A stretch of 64,000 bases of DNA. It comes from Octopus vulgaris. Lineage: Eukaryota. The stretch covers positions 110,174,001 through 110,238,000 of the forward strand of contig OX597820.1 in the NCBI GenBank assembly GCA_951406725.2, in the 5' to 3' direction. This document shows, piece by piece, positions 25,005 to 44,249 of the stretch. A program made the position numbers and the translations under genes. The stretch's first letter is position 1, and the number at the start of each line of letters is the position of its first letter. A model generated the notes under the pieces. It made no database searches, was not told the DNA's origin, and saw only the letters and a list, made by a program, of their open reading frames with translations.

Positions 25005-25930
25005 CATCATCCTCATCACCATTTAACATCTGTTTTCCATGCTGGCATCAGTTGGATAGTTTGACAGGAGCTGGTAAGCCAGAGGCTGTGCCATGCTCTG
25101 CTGTCTGTTTTAGCATGATTTCTACAGTTAAATGCCCGTTCAAACACCAATCAGTTTACAGAGTGTACCGGGTGTTTTTACAAGCTCCAGCACCAACAAG
25201 ACTGCCAAATAACTTGCAAGACAAGACTCTTTAGCTGAGGTGGGAGAGTAGTGTTGAGGGAAGTAGCTTTATGTCAGGTGATGAGAGGTTAAGGTATGAT
25301 AGAGGGACAAAATCAGGTGTCGTGTTGTAGAGGAGATACATAGCTACCCCAGTTGGAAGAGAGTGAGAGAAAGAGAAGAGGGTGGTGAAGATGTGTCAGG
25401 CTCTACCCTCAAGTAACAGGGAAATGTGTATTAGTGGATTGGTACAAAGGATTGGATGTGGGGAATGGGCAAGTAAGTTCATGAGAGTGAGAGATAGAGA
25501 GGAGGGGAACCCAGTGAGTGGTGAACACAGTTGGAGGGGAGGTATTAGGAAGACAAGTAGTTGGGAAGAGATTTGTCAGAACATTGTGTGCAGGAGCATA
25601 GCTGTTTCCTCTATGAGGTTCAACATTTGGAGGTCATTTTTCACCACTTTATCTTGGGTCTCCTTCTTCCACAAATTTCATGCACATTTGGTGATTGGTA
25701 CTTCTCTATGCAACTGTTTTCATCCATATGCATCACATGACCATATGACTATAGTCCTCTCTCTTGCACTCTACATTTGATGCCTCTTTTACCTAATTTT
25801 TCTCTAAACACATTCACACTTTGTTGTACATGCACACTGATGCTGCACATCCAGCAGAACATGCTAGCTTCATTTCTTTCAACCTTTCACATGTCTGCTG
25901 CATTCACAGCCCACGTTTCACTATTGGGGT
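25005..25930 (-). mobile_element. Old RTE LINE 3' end
   Basis: Diverged copy of the 13952-14880 element: tail and UTR at 25005-25400, RT C-terminus at 25590-25870. Confidence 0.7.
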
Positions 25931-27664
25931 TGTGGATTTCTTTTTAGTCTTTACATTTCCTCTGCATTCACAGCCCAAGCTTCACAACCATGTAGCATTG
26001 CTGTCCTCCAGGCCATGACAGAAGAATTTAAGACTGGTTGCCCATGGAAACTTTTCTATGTTGATAACTCTATGCTGGAAACAAACCTGGAATTAAAGGC
26101 CCTTAAAATTAATTAGCAAAAACCAAGTAACTGTGCTTAGTGTAGGGCCTAAGTTGTGGGTTGGACACTGTGAAGGTGATGAGAAGTGTAGAGACAAGTG
26201 AATTGTGGGTAATGTCATTGACAGAATTAGTGTTAGCATCACCATCATTGTCCTCAACATCATTATCATCATCACTAAATCATCATCCACCATCATTCAT
26301 CAGTATCACCATCATCATTAATATGGATCATCATTCATCCTCATTTATCATCTTACAATATCACTATTGCTGTTGCTATGATCATCATTAGCACAACTGT
26401 CAACTGATATGTTATACAAGAGTCTACACATATTTGACAGCTCAGCAGAGAAAGAGAATAGTTGTTTTACCATATCATTTCCATGAATATAGGATAAAAT
26501 TTACATGTAGTAGAGAATTTGGCTTTATGGCAGGCAAAATTTATTTTTTAACCTTGCATACTGTTTGTTGAGATGGGATAGGAAAACACCTGTACTTGCT
26601 GGCTGCAACTTCATATTTTTTTCCAATGTTATCAACACAAATGCTTTATTGATTTTATCAGTATTCTTGGGAAAACTAAGTATCAAGTCATCTAATTTTC
26701 CCCATCTATATCTCTCATACTTAGCTTTTAACACACGCACACACACAATACTTGTGCAAGTTATATGTTTGCCCATAAATGAAACCCTAACAGAATTCTA
26801 AAAACATGAGATTGCATTCATCAGCCAATATGGCTGGTTTTGTGTGATTTTAGATGATCCTATCATTTATGTAGTGCAATGAGCACAATTCAATTGACTG
26901 TGTTAACATATACGATACATATAATTAACAATATTCCAGCATGATGATCTATCTATTTAATGCAGTGTACCAATGAACAGTTATAAGAATCTAAGTATAT
27001 GACAAGACAAAGAGCCTAGAATAGATATATATATATATATACACATGCATGCATACTTCTATATATATAGACACATACATAATATATGCACCTGAGATAG
27101 AAACAGATTAAAATAATGAAGTGTATGACATTTATAGTGTGTGTGTGTGCGTGTGTAAATGTAGAATGGCACTTGCTGTAATATTTTGTCTCAGAGAAAC
27201 TCAGAGAAAAGACTAATGTGTAAAAAAATAGAAAACATGTGGTTCTCTCAGAATGTCATTGGTAGATCATCAGGTATAGGTGTTTTGAGCTAATCTGATC
27301 TCATGAGTGATGAACACTCCCAATACCTAAGGAAAGCCAAAAAATACTCCTTCTTACATAGAAATCAACACTTATTGCACATGGTGGCAGTTACTAAAAG
27401 CATTGTCATTCTTGCTTGTTCTGTCAACAACTTGTCTGTTTGCTTTGCACCTTCATACATATGTGAAATAAGAGATCCTTTACTTGCAAAATATGCTGTC
27501 TGTTTTTGCATGGTTTCTACAGCTGGATGCACTTCCTAATACCAACTATTTTACAGAATGTACTGAGTACTTTCTATGTGGCACTGGCAGCAGCAAGGTC
27601 ACTAAGTAACTTGCTAGGCAAGACACCTCAAATATAGTGGGGAGTAGTATTTAGGAAGGTGGCT

Positions 27665-28264
27665 TTGCCTGTAATATCTCTGCTTTAACTTTGGTAAACA
27701 TATTGACAGCAAGCTGGTGGAATAGGTTTTGACCTCTATGAAGGGTTTTAAATAATTTATCCCTCGACGTGAAGTGAAAAGCATAAAATTCCTTACAAGA
27801 AACCGTAGGAGTTTTCTTTTTTAATATTGGGTCAGTCTTGAGAATATTGAAATGGTAGCTGTCCTCTCCTTGAACCAAAGATGATGGGTACTGGAGTGTG
27901 TTGTATGATCTGTGAAATTTGTTGATAATTTGAAGAGGCTCATTTTGATTATGGTGTCGTTCACAATGTTATATTGTTGAAATTCTTCCCCAGTTATCAG
28001 AAACAGCCACCTTGTTGCACTCCAGAGGATTAGCTCATCGCATAGGCTTACTGCTTGTCCATCACATTTGCTCAGCTGTCCCCTGAGTTTGTACAATGGA
28101 GGCTCATGTTTGCATATCTTAAAGTTGGTTCATCCTCTTCTTGGCTGTCTCCTAAGTTCATGTAATGGATGTTCTTGTTAACATATGTTCGAGTCAGTTC
28201 AATATCTGGTTGGCTGTCTCTTGAGTCTATTTGATGGAGGTATGTGTTCACATATCATCAAGTC
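27665..28264 (-). pseudogene. Helitron RepHel fragment
   Basis: QGEDSYHFNI...VSCKEFYAFH...LHRGQNLFHQLAVNMFTKVKAE resembles the Helitron region just upstream of the Rep domain. Confidence 0.7.
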
Positions 28265-28266
28265 TA

Positions 28267-28550
28267 AGAGGTGGTATCAAAAGATTCCCACACTAGTTAT
28301 GTTTAATAAAAAATAACTTATTTACCTAAGTTTTAACATTATGTCCTTCAAAATAGTCACATTGCACAGCAATACTCTAGCCCCAGTGTTCCTTCCATTT
28401 TTGGAATCTATCCTGAAAGTTGTTTTCTGTAAGCGAATTGAGGACTTTCTACAATTTGCTCCGGATCTTGACAACAGTGTTAAAACAGCAACCTTTGAGC
28501 TATATTTTATACATCTGTATTGTATGTATATATATATTAGTGTGTATTGT

Positions 28551-28596
<46 letters not shown>

Positions 28597-28716
28597 ATTC
28601 GAGACAAAACCACTATTTTGTCTCGAATTATATTATATAATATTTTACTATAAAATTGGATTTAACCCTAAATCTGATTTTTCCCTGTAATTTTGGATTC
28701 ATTCCCTAATATTTAT

Positions 28717-28765
<49 letters not shown>

Positions 28766-29655
28766 CATATACATATATATATATTGTGTTTTTGTGGTGT
28801 AGTTTGCACAAAAGATTTTCAATTTTTAGGAATAATTATGAGATATAAATTAACAAAAGTATTTGCTTTTATTAGTATAAAGAGTATGGTTGTTTTCCAA
28901 ACAATTGGTTTAAATAAAATTCATAATGATATAAAAATATTATAATATGAATTTTATAAATTGAGTATTGGGGTCCGTGGTGGTTGATTTTTATACTTAG
29001 TTGTAACTCAGGATATATATATTAATTTATTTTTTTGTGTTTACAAATCTACAGGTGCTAAATCTGGTGAATAGGGTGGGTGTGGAAGTGATACCATGTT
29101 GTTTTTGGCAAGAAACTCATGAGTGAGGAGAGCTTGGTGAAGAATCCTGTTCTTTGCATTCCACAGGTCTGGATGCTTTCACCAAATGTCCTCCCTCAAA
29201 TGCTTCCAAATGTTGCAGTAGAACTCTCGATTGATGGTCTGGCCCTGGGGGACAAATTCTCGATGCACAATATCACATTTCTAGGGGTGACACTTGTGGC
29301 AGGTCTTCCTGATTACTCATTGTGTTCCAGGGATGTTCTTCTACTTTTGAAGTACCCATACCACTGGATCATTGTGTATGAGCCATTGCCTTGTCACTGT
29401 AAGCTTGCCAAAGCATACCTAATGTCTCTCAAGTTCAGTGCAAAATTTCATGTTGGCTCATTGTTCTGGTCCATGACAAAAACATAGACTACAGCATACA
29501 TGTAATCACTAAACACAAATTTCACAACTTGCAATGTAACACAGCAATATCACTCAGCACACTGCCTCAAGAATGTCACTGCTAGCTCTCACTACACATG
29601 CAGCCATGTCAGCATGCTACAGGAACTAGTCCGAGAACTTTTTGATACCACCTTT
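28267..29655 (-). mobile_element. Internally deleted mariner-family element, interrupted by TA-rich insertions (~28510-29050)
   Basis: TIR gaggtggtatcaaaa / tttttgataccacc. It is the reverse-complement homologue of 30216-31118. Confidence 0.8.
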
Positions 29656-30170
29656 GTATTCCTTCTCTGTTCAAGTCACTTCTGAGCTCACTGTTGATGA
29701 TCTTTGCAAGGGTCTTTTAACTCTTTTGCCCTAATGAAATTCCTTAGGAACAAAACAGTAGAATGATGTAAAAGTGTTATTATTGCAGTATTTCAATACT
29801 CAGTATCTAGATATCACATGTTTCAGATTGGATTAATAGCACTGGCATGCATGCATTCACGAAGACACTCTAAATTTGCAAGGCAACAAAGGATTGAAGG
29901 TACATGAGATATAGGCGGTCAATTGGGAAAGCAATGCTTGTCATTGCCACCAATGGAGGAAAATCTCTCTGTAGATAAACATACATACAGACATATATGT
30001 TAACATAAAATATACAAGCATATATCTTTAATGTACGAAGCATTTTGTCTTCTATTTATTGTAACTTAGATATTGTCATGCCATGACATTAAGTACTAGG
30101 AGTTGAGCTCTGTTGCATCCATAAACATAAGTCATTTTTCTAGCTATCTACGTGGTTACTTCATTCAATC

Positions 30171-30215
<45 letters not shown>

Positions 30216-30219
<4 letters not shown>

Positions 30220-31118
30220 GTGTTATCAAAAAGTTCCTGGACTGGTTCTGTAGCACACCAACAGATGACAGCATACGGTTGTGTGCACAGTGAAAGCTAG
30301 CAGTGACTTTCATGAGGCAGTGCTCTGAGTGACATAACTGTATTTACTTCACAAGTTGTGAAATTTGCTTTTGTGATCACATGTATGCTGTAGTCTGTGA
30401 TTTTTGTCATGGACAGAAAGTTGAACAAAGAGCCAACATGAAATTTGGGATTAAACTTGGAAAGTCTGCTACAGAGACATTGAGCATGCTTTGGCATGCT
30501 TACAGTGATGAAGTAATGAGTCATAACGCAATGTTTCAAGTGGTAAAGGTGCTTCAAAAGATCCACAGCTCAATCAAGAATATGCTCATTGGTTTTTTGA
30601 CATCTGTGGTATTGTGTATCAAGAAATTGTGCACCAGAGTCAGACTATCAGCTGAGAGTTCTACTGCAATGTTTTGAAGTATTTGGGGGAAGACATTTGG
30701 TGAAACTAACCACATCTGTGGAGTGTGAAGAATTGGATACTTCATGATGCAATGCACCCCATCACCAAGCTCTCCTCACTCATGATTTTGTAGCCAAAAG
30801 CAACATGATATCGCTTCTGCACCCACCCTATTTTCAAGATTTGGCACCTGCTGACTTCCATCTCTTCCCCATGATGAAAATGCAGCTCAAAGGCTGCCGT
30901 TTTAACACTGTTGTCAAGATCAAGAATGAATTGCAGAAGGTCCTCAACTTGCTTATGGAAAACAACTTCCAGGCTGGATTCCAAAAGGGGCAGGAATGTT
31001 GGGACTGGTGTATTGCTGCGCAAGGTGACTATTTCAAAGGAGATTATGTCAAAATGTAGATAGATGAGTTATTTTATATTAAACATATCTAGTCCAGGAA
31101 CTTTTTGATACCACCTCA
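30216..31118 (+). mobile_element. Internally deleted mariner-family element
   Basis: TIRs tgaggtgttatcaaaaagttcctggact / agtccaggaactttttgataccacctca within TA repeats. Reads EQRANMKFGIKLGKSATET, HPPYFQDLAPADFHLFP and GDYFKGD. Confidence 0.88.
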
Positions 31119-31344
31119 TATATATATATGCACACAGACAGTGAGAATGAGTGCTCAATCCCACATTAGTGGATAAATATTTTGTGGATCAACAAGGCAA
31201 CCAATGGTTTCTTAGAGGAACAGATCTCCACAATTGTCAAGCAATCCATTTGGGAATGTTAGTAATCCTCTCCAAAATGGAGATGATTCCCAAATGGATC
31301 ACTTGAAAAAAATTGTGGTTATCTTTACCATATGAATCTATTCA

Positions 31345-36103
<4,759 letters not shown>

Positions 36104-36138
36104 TTATACATATACATATATATGTATATATATGTACA

Positions 36139-36212
<74 letters not shown>

Positions 36213-36227
36213 TATCTGTATACATAT

Positions 36228-36809
36228 ATTTACTAACGATAGGAGCAGTGATGTATTGTAGAAAGTTCAATTATTATATAGCCTGTCATAGTGACGATTG
36301 GTTTCGCATCATAAATCGCTTAGGCTTTTAAACGACTTATAGACTCCAAGGGCTGCGGACATGTAACCTGCTTTGAAACTGGATATAAGAAACTGTTACG
36401 GTCAGTTAATTTGTAAAATATATATTAATAGCCTTAAACAGGACGGGTTATCGCTCTCAGATCCTTTCGGTCAACAAACCTACTCGATAAATGTATCTCT
36501 GCCCTTAGGGTTGGTTCCAGTCCGCAATATTTATAGATATTGCCATCATCTGCCTGCAGCAGAAATAAATGAAAACAATCTATTGACCGGGGGATTCTCA
36601 ACTCCAGAAACGAGATGTCTCATTTTAAAAAACCTGCATTAGATATGTACTCATGATTGCACTCGATGATTTTAATGTAAACGTTGCTCATTAGAATTTT
36701 TTTCCAATACATTACGAAATTGAAATATGTTCTCGTTTCATCGACTTATATACATCTTTCAATATGAAGTTTCTCTTTTACCGATGACTTCTTTACACAC
36801 AACAGACAT

Positions 36810-36815
<6 letters not shown>
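36228..36815 (+). mobile_element. Decayed Penelope-like endonuclease C-terminus plus UTR
   Basis: [11 protein letters not shown] and ICLQQK...GILNSRNEM resemble the PLE motifs RY..H..SF and C.LCL.EK...LN.R.E. TA tracts on both sides. Confidence 0.5.
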
Positions 36816-36892
<77 letters not shown>

Positions 36893-36898
<6 letters not shown>

Positions 36899-37101
36899 CA
36901 TCTTTTATTTGTGTCAGTCATTGAACTGTGGCCAAGCTGGGTTTTTGGTGAGATGAATTAACACCAGTACTTTTTCTTTAAAGCCTGGTGCTTATTCTAT
37001 CTTTTGCCAAGCCACTGAGTTATGGAGACATACTCAAACCAACACTGCTTCTTAAGCAATGGTGGGGACAAACACATACACAATCATGCACACACACACA
37101 C

Positions 37102-37103
<2 letters not shown>
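36893..37103 (-). repeat. Near-identical inverted copy of the SINE 3' segment at 31510-31720
   Basis: The reverse complement matches almost base for base, including copy-specific variants. Confidence 0.9.
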
Positions 37104-37178
<75 letters not shown>

Positions 37179-37230
37179 TTAATAAGGGTGAGAGAATTAG
37201 ATACTAATTTAATAGTATATCTATTCTACA

Positions 37231-37736
<506 letters not shown>

Positions 37737-37837
37737 ATAAATATTAGGGAATAAATCCAAATTTACAGGGAAAAAATCAGATTTAGGATTAAATCCAATT
37801 TTATAGTAAAATATTATATAATATTAATTGTCTCGAA

Positions 37838-37912
<75 letters not shown>

Positions 37913-38149
37913 TACATATATCAAAACAGGAAATGGGAAAAATCTTTTGATATTATCTATTCACCATTACTTGTGTTTCATTTGCTAATAAGACTTACAA
38001 AATTGTATATGTAGGAGATATCTTAAATGTTTCTCTTACACATACAGTTTTCTAACTCCTATTAACAAAGGAAATATAAGTCAGGTATGGGGCATATACC
38101 ATTGCAGCACATTGCTGCATTCACTATTTGTCGGTATATTCCCAGGTCT

Positions 38150-38690
38150 TCCCGGTTAACTCATTGAGCAGAGTCCCAGTCAGTCCCCTTTGCCATGAGA
38201 TACCTCCTCATCTACCATGGCCAGTAACTCAGCTGGATTGTCAGTGAAAAGAACATGGTAAGCAAGGTCTAACACAGAAAATTGAGCATCATGTTCAAAC
38301 TGTCTGAGCTGACACTCTGAAATCATATATGCAACAGGATACATCCCAGTTTCTGAGTAGAGTTGTTGGCTGAAGTTGAAATCCTGCCAATGGTTACTCC
38401 TAATCCTGCAAAGTGTCTTGACTCCAAAGATGTTCAGGTGGCTCCTATGGGCCCCAGACAGTGTCCAAGTCTCACAAACATAGAGCAGGACAGGGTGGAC
38501 CAGAGATCTAAAAACCTGAACCCTTGTCCTTATACATTGGCTGTGCCAAACACCCTTGTTAAATGAGTCCATAACTGCACCAACTCATGTAAGTCTTTTT
38601 AGGACTTCAGACTCATAGGTAATTCCACTATGAATCTTACTGCCCAGATAAGTGAAGTGGTCAACAACTTTGTCATTGTTTTTGTTATCT
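38150..38690 (-). mobile_element. RTE-clade LINE RT C-terminal fragment
   Basis: FTYLGS...TRVQVFRSLVHPVLLYVCETWTL...LCRI...QLRQFEH. Confidence 0.8.
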
Positions 38691-41600
38691 ACATTCCAAT
38701 GATGGGGTTTTGTACTCCTGTTACAAGCCAGTTTCATACTTACAGGAAAATTTCAAACAATTGGAAATAGAAAAAAAAGCATACATATGCAAGCATGTGC
38801 ATGCGCGCACACACACACACACACGCACACTTTCTGCTGTCTATCAATTTGTTGTGTTCATTAAAATATTCAATATGATACATTTCAAATGGTTGCCTAT
38901 ATTTTATTTTATTTTAACAATTTTTAGTCAGGTGGGAAGGCATTGCTTGTAACTTTTTACAGGACTGATGGGAGAGAAGGAGGAATATATTCTCAAATTG
39001 AAAACCTGGCCTGAATGCTTGCAATGGAGTGAATCTAAGTCACCCACAGTGTCATAGAGGTATTATGAAACTAAAACAGATTAAGTGTGCTACTCTCTTA
39101 GGCCATGGCTGAATTTAAATGCAGAAAGTCAGAACAAATACCACACGGTATCCAGTTCAATGTTCTTGCATTTCTGTCAGTCCCTCATTCTAGGATGGTA
39201 CTTTATTTTTGATGAAACCTGAAAAGATGAACGATAAAGTTGACCTGAGCAGGATTTAAACTCAGAATGCAGAGAGGCAGAACAAATATTGTGAGGTGTT
39301 CGTTCTATCAGACATTCAACCAACTCTGTTAGTTTCCTGCCAGTTATCTATGTTTATTCCCTCAAGCCCAAGAAATGTATTAAAAGTTAGTACTTAATTC
39401 TGGTTTAATGATCTTAGTCCTGAGGAGTTCCAGGATAAAACACCTGTCTATTGTAGCCATTCCCTGGTGATCTAATATCTCTCCATGACATTCATTTAAA
39501 ATAGGTGAATAATTCAAATGCACAACAAAACGTCTGCAGCCTATTTGAAACAAACAGTTATGACCTAATTCTTTTCTAACCTAAAAAATCCATGGATTTA
39601 GTACTTATCTGTAGTTTCTGTGGTGTTAAGCAGATAAGAGATTATAATTTAATTGACGAGGATGCTAGTGTGTGGCAGATGGCTTTCCTACAACAGGAAT
39701 TGAGCCTTGTATTGAAGACCAACAAATTGGTATTGGAGAGCACAGAAATGAACTCTCTCACCTGCAGTACCTACTTTAATCTTGGTGGATTGTTAAGAGC
39801 TAAATGTTCTGACTATAGATACAATATTATGTTTGTGATATGATGTGAATCACCAAACACGTTACTGGCACTCAAATGATATAGCTCTCAATATCTTCCA
39901 GATCTTTAAGCTGATTCATTCATTTGACTCACACCAACATATCTAAACTTGTACGCCAGTGTGGAATGCAGTATTGAGTATATAAGTTCTTGATGTGTCA
40001 AGTCCACAACTTAGTTTTGATTACTGCTTGAAGCTATTTTAATTTATTTATGCCACCAAGAATTTCACTTGGGCAAGTTTTTAAAATGTTTGAGAGCTGG
40101 GAGTTAGTATAACAATTTAAATCATGATAATGATTTTACTGTCACTGCCCATTAAGTTAATGATAAATAGTGTTGGTTAATCCTAAATTAGCCCAGGATG
40201 AGCAGATCTCTGATGAAAGCACCAGCTGTGACCAGCCTGTGTTTTTTTTTTCCTCTTTCAATAGAGTGTGATTTGGAAAAAGTTTGGTTGATACTTTTAG
40301 CAGGATGAGAAACTGTGTAGAAATACCCTTATTTAATGAGGAATTTGACTCCATGTGCTCTGCTCATAATTGTCTTCTCATCATCGTCCTTGAGGCAATT
40401 TTTCAGGAGTTCAAAAATAGTTGTCCTCAAGATAACTAGAATGTAAATTTGCTAGACCTGTCTAAGAGCAGCAGGAAAAGTTGAAGTGTATAAGAATGAC
40501 TTAGAATTAAAATAAGGATGAACTATCAGAACATATCCTGTAATTTAATAACATAATGATATAGTATCCACTATTTAACTTATAAACTGCTGAAGATCAG
40601 AAATTAATTATTGACCACACTGTAAGACAAGTGTTGCTTTGAACTTGGACACTTGTATATCTTTTTCTTTTTTTCTTGTTCTGGAATTCTATTTAAAAAA
40701 GGAAACCAAAATATAAATGTTTTGCTAAATCACTCATCAAAGCAGAATATAATGCATGTGAATATAGTTTGTATTTTAATAAGCTTAATTCATTGGGTGT
40801 TAATTAAAAATCTATTTTAAGTGAATTTCTAATCCATCTTCTGTTTTGATTTTGTATTTCATGTAATAGAGGTTATTGATAAAAGTCTCAACAAGTACAT
40901 AGACCTCTGTTAATAATAATGATAAAAACATTGTGTACAGTGCTCAGGTGCACTACAATGTTAATTGTTTGCATCTATTTATATGTTTGTATGTTTCTAT
41001 GTCTCAGTGAGTGTTTGTGTGTACACTTCTATAATGTATTTTTGTACTGTGAATGTGTTTGTTAATATGGTTGTATGTATATGCATGCCTCTGTTAACGT
41101 GTGTATGTTTCTACAGCTTGAGAGACAGACAGATATTATATCTGTCAAGCAAGGTTATATAGATCTACAGATTATGAGCTCAAATTCAGCAAGCAAACAC
41201 CTAGAGTAATTCCTAAAGATACAGGTGTCCACATTTGACCCCAAAACTAACAATATTCTAAATTTCTATCACTTGCAACATATAATGTATGGGCTGCTTG
41301 TACATAGGAAAATGATAGGATGGTCATGGCTGGAATACTTTTGATCACAGACCTACACATGAACTAACAAAGAAGCTGTTATGTGGTCATTTGACTTGCT
41401 ATAAGCAGTAGCCAAACTTGTTTGGATCATGCACTGCTGTCTTAAACAAATGAAAGACATTTTGAATAGTCAAGGCTGAAAAACTTTTGATATGTTTGTT
41501 GAACTAGGATTGATCTGAGTTGAACAACATCCATAAATGGATTGTCACAAATTTCAATGACGAGTGTTCACTTATTTGATCAACTCAGCTAACCACTCAT

Positions 41601-42356
41601 TGCATTTACATGCAAGTGGTTGGCTATTTTGTATATACATGTATCCTCCAAGCAGAATCAACATACGACCACTTATGCGAGGCTGAACCTTTGAACTACA
41701 GGCACAATACAACCAGTGGCCTTCCACACAATTTTTATCTACCCAGTTTCACTCACAGGTTTGGGTTGATCTGAGGCAAAGGTAAAAGACTCTCAAGATA
41801 CCAAGAAATGGAATTGAACCTTGGACCTCATGATTGTGTAACAAACTTGTTAACCCTTCCATCCTGCACCATACACATAAAAATACACATTTATTATTGT
41901 TTCTTTCATTGAAGCGATTTTGTGAAAATGATAGACTAAATTCCTTTGGGTATTTAGTTTAATCCTTCTGTATTGTATAATTAAATCAGGGTACAGCTGA
42001 CCTCTTTTTTTTTTATCCCTCTAATGTAAAATAAAATAATTATCAGAACAGAAGCTCTTTTTTTTCTCTGTCTTAATTCACCTTTTTTGAAAATAAGTGT
42101 AAGATCTGAAAATGTTATCTAAAATATACTGTGATTTTATCCAGGAGAAATACATATCTCATCTGCATTAAAACCATGTAACTGGAGTTATGCACTAGTT
42201 CAAATGGTGGCTCTTTTAAGATATTTATAATTTTTATGTTAATATTTGCTTGTTGGTTTATGTGACTGCACACACCATCCTTTCCTTCCATATTTGTTTG
42301 CCTTGTATCAGTCTTACAAAATAGTCTAATATGTTTATTTTACATTTTTGTTTCAG

Positions 42357-42449
42357 TCTACCAACCTTAGCAGAAAGAAGATAATCCACTACACCAGTTT
42401 AGATGGTCGCAAGAGAGTGAATGCTGCTTTTCTTATAGGTTCTTATGCG
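42357..42449 (+). CDS. CDC14: CDC14-family dual-specificity phosphatase, internal coding exon ([31 protein letters not shown])
   Basis: tttcag acceptor and GCG|gtaag donor; 93 bp, phase 0-0. The translation matches the CDC14 N-terminal DSPn motif RKKIVHYT...KRANAAFLIGAYA. Confidence 0.95.
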
Positions 42450-44249
42450 GTAAGGTTTACCTTTGGTTCTTGGACTGAGAGCATCAGTAAGAGAGGAAAA
42501 ATATAGAGGAAGGCTGAGGAAAGCTAGCAAATGCAGGTGGAGTAAGTGAGTGAGTGAGAGAGAGAGAGAGAGAGAGAGAGACATTGTGTGTGTGTTACTA
42601 TGTTTGAATTGTCCTGATCCTATTTGTACAAATAAGAGAGTGACTGGTGATGGATGGTTTCTGTAGTTAAATGAAAGCTGACATATTTAATGTAATTAGC
42701 AAAAATTGTCTAATTATTAATTAAAGTTACATGCATAGTAAACAGAAAATAAATCATTAGCTTCTATGGTTAATTCTGATCAAGATAGGCAAAGAAAACA
42801 GTTCTTTCCAAAATTCAAAGGAATTAAAACTTGACTGAAGGCAGCATGAAAAATAGCTGATTAAAGAATTATTTGTCTTATTTCTGGCCATGGTGCCCTC
42901 CTATATCTTTTAAATGTAGTACATTGTCTTATCCTAAATTTAATCACTTAAACATTTGGCTCAGTGAGATTTAGCTGCTGATATCAATAGAAGTGACCAG
43001 ATACAAAATGGATTAACACCTCATCCCAATTCCGCTTATGAGTTTGAATTTATTGAAAGATGTTTTTAAATTTTATTTTTGTTTTTGACAGATACATTTT
43101 CTGTATGTCTTAATTCAGTTTCTTCTTTGAAAGTTGGTGTAAGGTATTCTGGGAATGTCATCTGAAATAAACTGTGGTTCTATCCAGGTGGAAATTTATA
43201 TCTTATATTCTTAAACCATGTAACTGGAGTTATGTACTGGCTCATGTGAGCCCTTTGGAGGCTCTTTTAAAATATTCATAAATGTTACTTTAACATCAGT
43301 TGGTTAATAATTGATTTTACAAAATGTTTGTCATTGGTAGAAAAAGAAAAAGTGAACAATTGTGTGTATGTGTGTGCAAGAGAGATAGAAAGAGAGTAGG
43401 ATAGATAGATTGAAAGAGTAAACAAATGAGTGTGAGGCAAAGGAAATGTATGTCAGTAGATGGTAGGAACTGATTAAAGTATCATGGAAAAATAAGAGGA
43501 GGAAATATCTACAATAATGTTATGAGGTGGTGACTAAATGGTGGAAGAATAAAATTGTTATTCAATGAGAAATATATTAGTTTGCAAGTGCAAGCATGGC
43601 ACTATCTACAGGCCTGCCTATCATCACAGCTATCATATGTTGAAAAGAGCCATGATGCTCCAAACAATGCTGTCCAGCAGCAGAAAAACAAAACCTGTCA
43701 AAGGGCAGTTGTACCCAGCATAAGATGAACATGTACCTAGTAACAAGACATAGTGGCATAGAGGCGCTTGTAAGAAATAATGGACCCCCTAGTTCTACTT
43801 AGAAGATCCATCTAAAAGACTGAAACCTCCACTGTCTTGTGGGCTGCCTTGGTTGTTTAAGATAAGAAGGAAACTCTAATATAAAACCTCACTTGATGAT
43901 CCTACCAATCATTTTGATAATTTCTTGTCACTGGAACATAGTAGCTGATACTTAGGAAATGGTATTTATGTTATGCAAACATTTGTCACTCTAATCTCTA
44001 CAAAGTACAGATACTTTCAAACACCACACTACATTATGTTTCTCATAACAACAACTATCTAATTCACTGAATTGTATGAAACAAAGAACTGAAAGACCCA
44101 TATTATCCATTTTTGGCTTTCAAAGTCCTTTAGCAATGGGTTATGTGGTGAAGTATGCAAACTTGATGAGCTGGAAATACACATCCACAGATATGCATAC
44201 TAGATGACAATGGATTTATTTTAGTGTTGCAATTTTCAATCTCAGTTAA

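Noticed and set aside
36661-36735. Hammerhead downstream of the PLE fragment (ctcgatga...TAATGTA/TACATTA-cGAAA)
   Set aside because: A stem II-like pairing is present, but the core box, stem I and stem III cannot be assigned.
39592-39843. 83-aa ORF in apparently unique sequence
   Set aside because: No recognisable homology or splice support, and the length is compatible with chance.
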